Under the pieces are notes generated by a model. It was not told the origin of the DNA. It saw only the letters and a list, made by a program, of their open reading frames with translations, and made no database searches. A stretch of DNA of 32,000 nt from an uncultured Opitutales bacterium (GTDB taxonomy: Bacteria > Verrucomicrobiota > Verrucomicrobiia > Opitutales > Intestinicryptomonadaceae), in NCBI GenBank assembly GCA_934660865.1, contig CAKUIA010000013.1, positions 1 to 32,000 on the forward strand. Direction: 5' to 3'. Position numbers and translations under genes: made by a program. Positions within the stretch are counted from its first letter, which is position 1. Every line of letters starts with the position of its first letter. Positions 28,738 through 32,000 of the stretch are shown piece by piece.

Positions 28738-30975
28738 CTACTTTTTAGCGTTTTGCAGTGCGTTTTTATAGCTTTGCAAGTCGCCTACAATTTCGCCGGC
28801 GGCAATTTCTTCGGCAAAGTATGCGCTAAAGGGCTTTTGCAAAAACCTGCAGCAGTGCAAAACAACGGTGGCCCTTTGGTCGGGGCTGCGCACAAGCCTG
28901 CCTATTGCCTGTTTTATTTTGGCCGCCGCCTTTTTGGAATATACCTCGTCGAAAGCTTCGCTTTTCGACATATCCCTTTTAATAAGCAAATCCATTTTCG
29001 CGTTGCATACCGCGTTTAATTCCGAAAACCCCACTCCCACAACCACGGCGGTGTCTACCGCGCCTCCCAGAATGTCTACGCTTTCCGAATAGGAACTGGC
29101 CAAAACCAAAAACAGCGCGTTGCAGTTTGCAAGCGACTCTTTTATAAATTCAACCTGCTGCAAATACGTCAAATTTTTGCGCTGCATTGCAACTTTAATT
29201 TCGGGGCAAAGGCGGCCTAAAACATCGGCAACGGCGCGCGCATATTCGTACGAGGCAAAGAAAACCGCAACGGGCTTTTCGGAAGCCTTAACCGCCTCCA
29301 AAACCCTGTTTGCAGTGTCTTCGTAAAACAGCGCCCTTGTTCTTGCACTTGTGTTTACGCTTTTGTCTATAATGTATTTATAGCACGCTTTTAGCCAGTT
29401 TGCCACGGCTTTTACCTCGAATATTTCGGGGTAAACTTTGTCTATGTCGCCGGCGCTTAAAAGCAGCGTTTTTTTAAAGGAATCCAGCACGGAGCACACG
29501 GCCGCCGTAGCGTCTATGCAGTCTATTTTCAGCGTTTCGCCGTCGCACGTCCACAAAAACCCGACATACCCGCAAGAGCAAAGCCTGTTTAAAAAGCACA
29601 AATTCCACAAAACCTTTTTTGCGGGAACGGCAAATTCGTCAAAATTTATCCTGTAAAGATTGTCTACAACCTGCGAAAGGCAGCTTTTTACGCAGGCAAT
29701 CTTTTCGCAGGGCACGCTTCCCTTTGTGCAAAGCACCGTTTCCATAAGCAGCTCTACGGCCGCGCGCAGGCTTGAATTGTCGAAAATCAGCGCCGTCCTT
29801 AAAACCGAAAGCTCGAAAAACGAAACTTGCCCCGAATATGCAGATTCGGTTCTTTCAAGCAAATTGTGCGCTTCGTCTACAATAAGCATTGTTTTTTTCG
29901 GGTTAAAAAGCTCTATGTTTTCGAGCACCGAGCTTACCGACGGCGAAAAAATGTAGTTATAGTCGCAAATCCATATTTGCGAATACGCAAGCAATACCTG
30001 CGAAATCGCGTATGGGCACACCCCGTATTCTGAAGCCGACTCCCTTATTTTTTCGAGCGATGAAAAAGCCCCCTTAAAATAGTTTTTGTGCGAAAACGAA
30101 AAGTCGCCACTTTGCGGCGCATATTCTATTTGGCAGTTTTCGCAGTCGAAGCAATATTCGCCGTTTAAAATGTGCTCGGCGCGGTTCCTTAGCTGGAAAA
30201 CCCTGGGGTAGTCGGCGTTTTTTAAAAACTTTTTCAATTCGCCCACAAGCTGCATTTGCCCGCTGCTTTTCGAGCTAAGGCACACCGCCCTTTCTATTTT
30301 TGCATCGCGCATAAGGGCAAGCATTGCGTCGAAGGCTATTGCCGTTTTGCCGAACGCCGTAAAGGCCTTAAACGACACAACCTTGTTGTTTTTAATAGCC
30401 TTTTTAAGGTTGTCGATGGCATCTTTTTGCCCCTCGCGCAGCGTTTTAAAGGGAAGCGTTATGCCGCCTAAAGCCACAGTCTTGCCCGCCGCTTCAAGCT
30501 CCGACAAATACTCCGTAAACTCGGCCGCACGCTGCATAATCGCGTGTTCGGGATTTTCGTTTACGGCAAATTTTTGGCGGCGGCCCGTGTCGGTATTTAC
30601 ATACAAAAGCTCGCCCGAACACCTGCATTTTTTTGAAAGCGCAAAAAGGTATACGCAAAGCTGCACTTTGTGCGGCAGCTCGTAGCCGTCTAGGGGAAAC
30701 TGCCTTCGGGTGGTTTTGATTTCCCTTGCAACAAAAAAATCCCCCTCGTCGAAAAGCTCGTCGGCCTTGCCCGCAATGGTAAAATGCCAGCCTTTGCAGT
30801 CGAATTCGGCCTTAAGCGGAACTTCGAACGCAACGTTTTGCGCCGTTTGCGAGTCTTCGGCGCGAATCGCCCTGTGCCAATAGTTGCCCAAGTAGGCGGC
30901 CCACACCGAAGCCTTTGCGCTTTCCTTTGCCGAACGCAAAGAAAAATCGAACGCCGAAAATTCTCCGGCGCTCAT
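28738..30975 (-). CDS. Fusion protein: N-terminal RecB/Cas4-like PD-(D/E)xK nuclease plus XPD/DinG-type (Rad3-like) Fe-S SF2 helicase
   Basis: Nuclease core: GKAD, then REIKT, then QLCVY in the canonical order and spacing. Helicase: AFTAFGKT (Walker A variant), Cys cluster CFDCENC plus GVCPY, ICDYNYIF, VDEAHNL, and QAIGRLVRSPDQ. I prefer the ATG at 30975 (MSAGEF...); the track ORF starts at a TTG at 31008. Confidence 0.8.
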   Translation of the reverse strand: MSAGEFSAFDFSLRSAKESAKASVWAAYLGNYWHRAIRAEDSQTAQNVAFEVPLKAEFDCKGWHFTIAGKADELFDEGDFFVAREIKTTRRQFPLDGYELPHKVQLCVYLFALSKKCRCSGELLYVNTDTGRRQKFAVNENPEHAIMQRAAEFTEYLSELEAAGKTVALGGITLPFKTLREGQKDAIDNLKKAIKNNKVVSFKAFTAFGKTAIAFDAMLALMRDAKIERAVCLSSKSSGQMQLVGELKKFLKNADYPRVFQLRNRAEHILNGEYCFDCENCQIEYAPQSGDFSFSHKNYFKGAFSSLEKIRESASEYGVCPYAISQVLLAYSQIWICDYNYIFSPSVSSVLENIELFNPKKTMLIVDEAHNLLERTESAYSGQVSFFELSVLRTALIFDNSSLRAAVELLMETVLCTKGSVPCEKIACVKSCLSQVVDNLYRINFDEFAVPAKKVLWNLCFLNRLCSCGYVGFLWTCDGETLKIDCIDATAAVCSVLDSFKKTLLLSAGDIDKVYPEIFEVKAVANWLKACYKYIIDKSVNTSARTRALFYEDTANRVLEAVKASEKPVAVFFASYEYARAVADVLGRLCPEIKVAMQRKNLTYLQQVEFIKESLANCNALFLVLASSYSESVDILGGAVDTAVVVGVGFSELNAVCNAKMDLLIKRDMSKSEAFDEVYSKKAAAKIKQAIGRLVRSPDQRATVVLHCCRFLQKPFSAYFAEEIAAGEIVGDLQSYKNALQNAKK

Positions 30976-31009
30976 TTTTATTTTTTTTGCCTTTAAGTTT
31001 ATGTCCAAC

Positions 31010-31996
31010 TTAGAATTTCGAAACGCTGTCTACGGCGGCGGCGTCCCTTTCTTCGGCCTGGGTTTTGTAGAGCTCTTCCATATACTTCCTAAGCATTTTG
31101 TCGAAGCGCGAGTCTATAACCAAAAGCCCCGCGGGCACGTTAGACTTGTTCAACACAAGCTTTGCCCTTAATGCGCCGTCGCTGCTTATGTAGTTAAAGC
31201 CGAAAGCCGTATTTTCCTGATTGGGAATTGCGCCCATAATGCGAAGCTCTTTGCCCTTTAGGTCTTCCACGCTTTTCACCGCAACCGAGTCTATGGAAGA
31301 TGCCGCCTTAAGCGTTTGCTCGTTTTTTGCGGCATTTTTAAGCGCCTTTTGCTTTGCCCTTTCCTTGTTGTTTAGCTTTGCGGTTTTTTCGGCCGCGCGC
31401 CTGCGGTCTTTTTCGACCTCGTTTTTGTAGCGCGCAAAAGACTTCTGCCTTTCGTCCGAAATTATCGACGTGCGCAAATCGGCCGAATAGCCCGACGACT
31501 TTGCAACGCTTTCGGGAACGACAAACTCTATTATCCTGCTTTTTGGCTTCGGCAAAACCGCCATTAGCTGGGCAAGCGCGGGATCCGACGAAACGTAGGT
31601 TTTCGCGTCGTCTTCCGAAGGCATGTCGTTTTTCTTTATAAAGTTGTTTGTGGCAACCCAGGCGGTGCCCTGCGCGCGCTTCGAAATCATCGCCATCATA
31701 AGCCTTGCCAGCTCTTCGGGATACATAACCGGATAGCGCGTGTAGTACTCCATAACCGAAACGTCCTTATAGTATACAACATGAAGCTCCCAACCGTCCA
31801 AATCGTTTTGCTTTAAAACGTCCGACGACGTTGCCGCAGCCAAATCCGGCCTTTTAAAATAAAACTGGTGGCTAATTTCCTTCGGCATAATAAGCAGCAT
31901 ATTTTTGTAGGGCAGCTCGGCAACCTCCCTGTCCCTTTCCTCGGGCTTGTCGTATAAAATGCAGCCGCCGCTTTTCATCAAAAGGCGGTTTTCCAT
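31010..31996 (-). CDS. Hypothetical protein (328 aa), no recognised family
   Basis: Uninterrupted ORF with ATG start at 31996, in the same orientation as the nuclease-helicase gene and ending just upstream of it. It has a central Lys/Arg/Ala/Glu-rich segment (EKDRRRAAEKTAKLNNKERAKQKALKNAAKNE) between two globular-looking halves. Confidence 0.55.
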   Translation of the reverse strand: MENRLLMKSGGCILYDKPEERDREVAELPYKNMLLIMPKEISHQFYFKRPDLAAATSSDVLKQNDLDGWELHVVYYKDVSVMEYYTRYPVMYPEELARLMMAMISKRAQGTAWVATNNFIKKNDMPSEDDAKTYVSSDPALAQLMAVLPKPKSRIIEFVVPESVAKSSGYSADLRTSIISDERQKSFARYKNEVEKDRRRAAEKTAKLNNKERAKQKALKNAAKNEQTLKAASSIDSVAVKSVEDLKGKELRIMGAIPNQENTAFGFNYISSDGALRAKLVLNKSNVPAGLLVIDSRFDKMLRKYMEELYKTQAEERDAAAVDSVSKF

Positions 31997-32000
31997 AAGC

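Noticed and set aside
30976-31008. Upstream TTG start of the nuclease-helicase ORF, with analogous TTG-extended starts at 10104, 20009, 21259 and 23119
   Set aside because: In each case a downstream in-frame ATG gives an N-terminus that matches family expectations or a proper signal peptide. The TTG start at 31008 remains possible and would place the start 1 nt after the upstream stop.
1-32000. CRISPR arrays, insertion sequences, integrases, prophage or toxin-antitoxin modules, tRNA/rRNA genes
   Set aside because: No regularly spaced short repeats, terminal inverted repeats, recombinase-like ORFs or tRNA-like T-arm/anticodon structures appear in any intergenic region. The recurring ATGCGGC/GCCGCAT-type hairpins are ordinary terminators with different sequences.

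Overview
The window reads as ordinary bacterial chromosome, densely packed with about 26 protein-coding genes, almost all recognisable housekeeping functions. Left to right: GNAT acetyltransferase, transketolase, TPR-like membrane protein, Mrp/ApbC, DUF475 membrane protein, PEGA lipoprotein, ProC, a lipoprotein, NadA, an MFS sugar transporter plus ROK-like kinase, Pta, a nif3-aroQ-uvrD-like block, flavin reductase plus a TIGR03790-like secreted protein, SerS, class I fumarase, a large secreted protein of unknown function, and a minus-strand block of unknown protein, nuclease-helicase fusion, pyrB, pyrC, CPBP protease and thiL. I found no rRNA, tRNA, CRISPR array, transposase, integrase or phage genes. 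Start codons sit in A/T-rich contexts with no Shine-Dalgarno motif, and intergenic regions carry clean hairpin plus T-tract terminators; this resembles Fibrobacterota/Bacteroidota-type lineages, but that is only a guess. Two things stand out. First, a 632-bp tandem direct duplication (one mismatch) creates a truncated second pta copy, joined at a 3-4 nt A-run microhomology. Second, a two-gene cassette encodes an unrecognised 328-aa protein followed by a RecB/Cas4-like PD-(D/E)xK nuclease fused to an XPD/DinG-type Fe-S helicase. The cassette is the best candidate for something uncharacterised, but a lineage-specific repair function is just as plausible. I see no clear defence island or mobile element, and all family assignments rest on motif recognition by eye.
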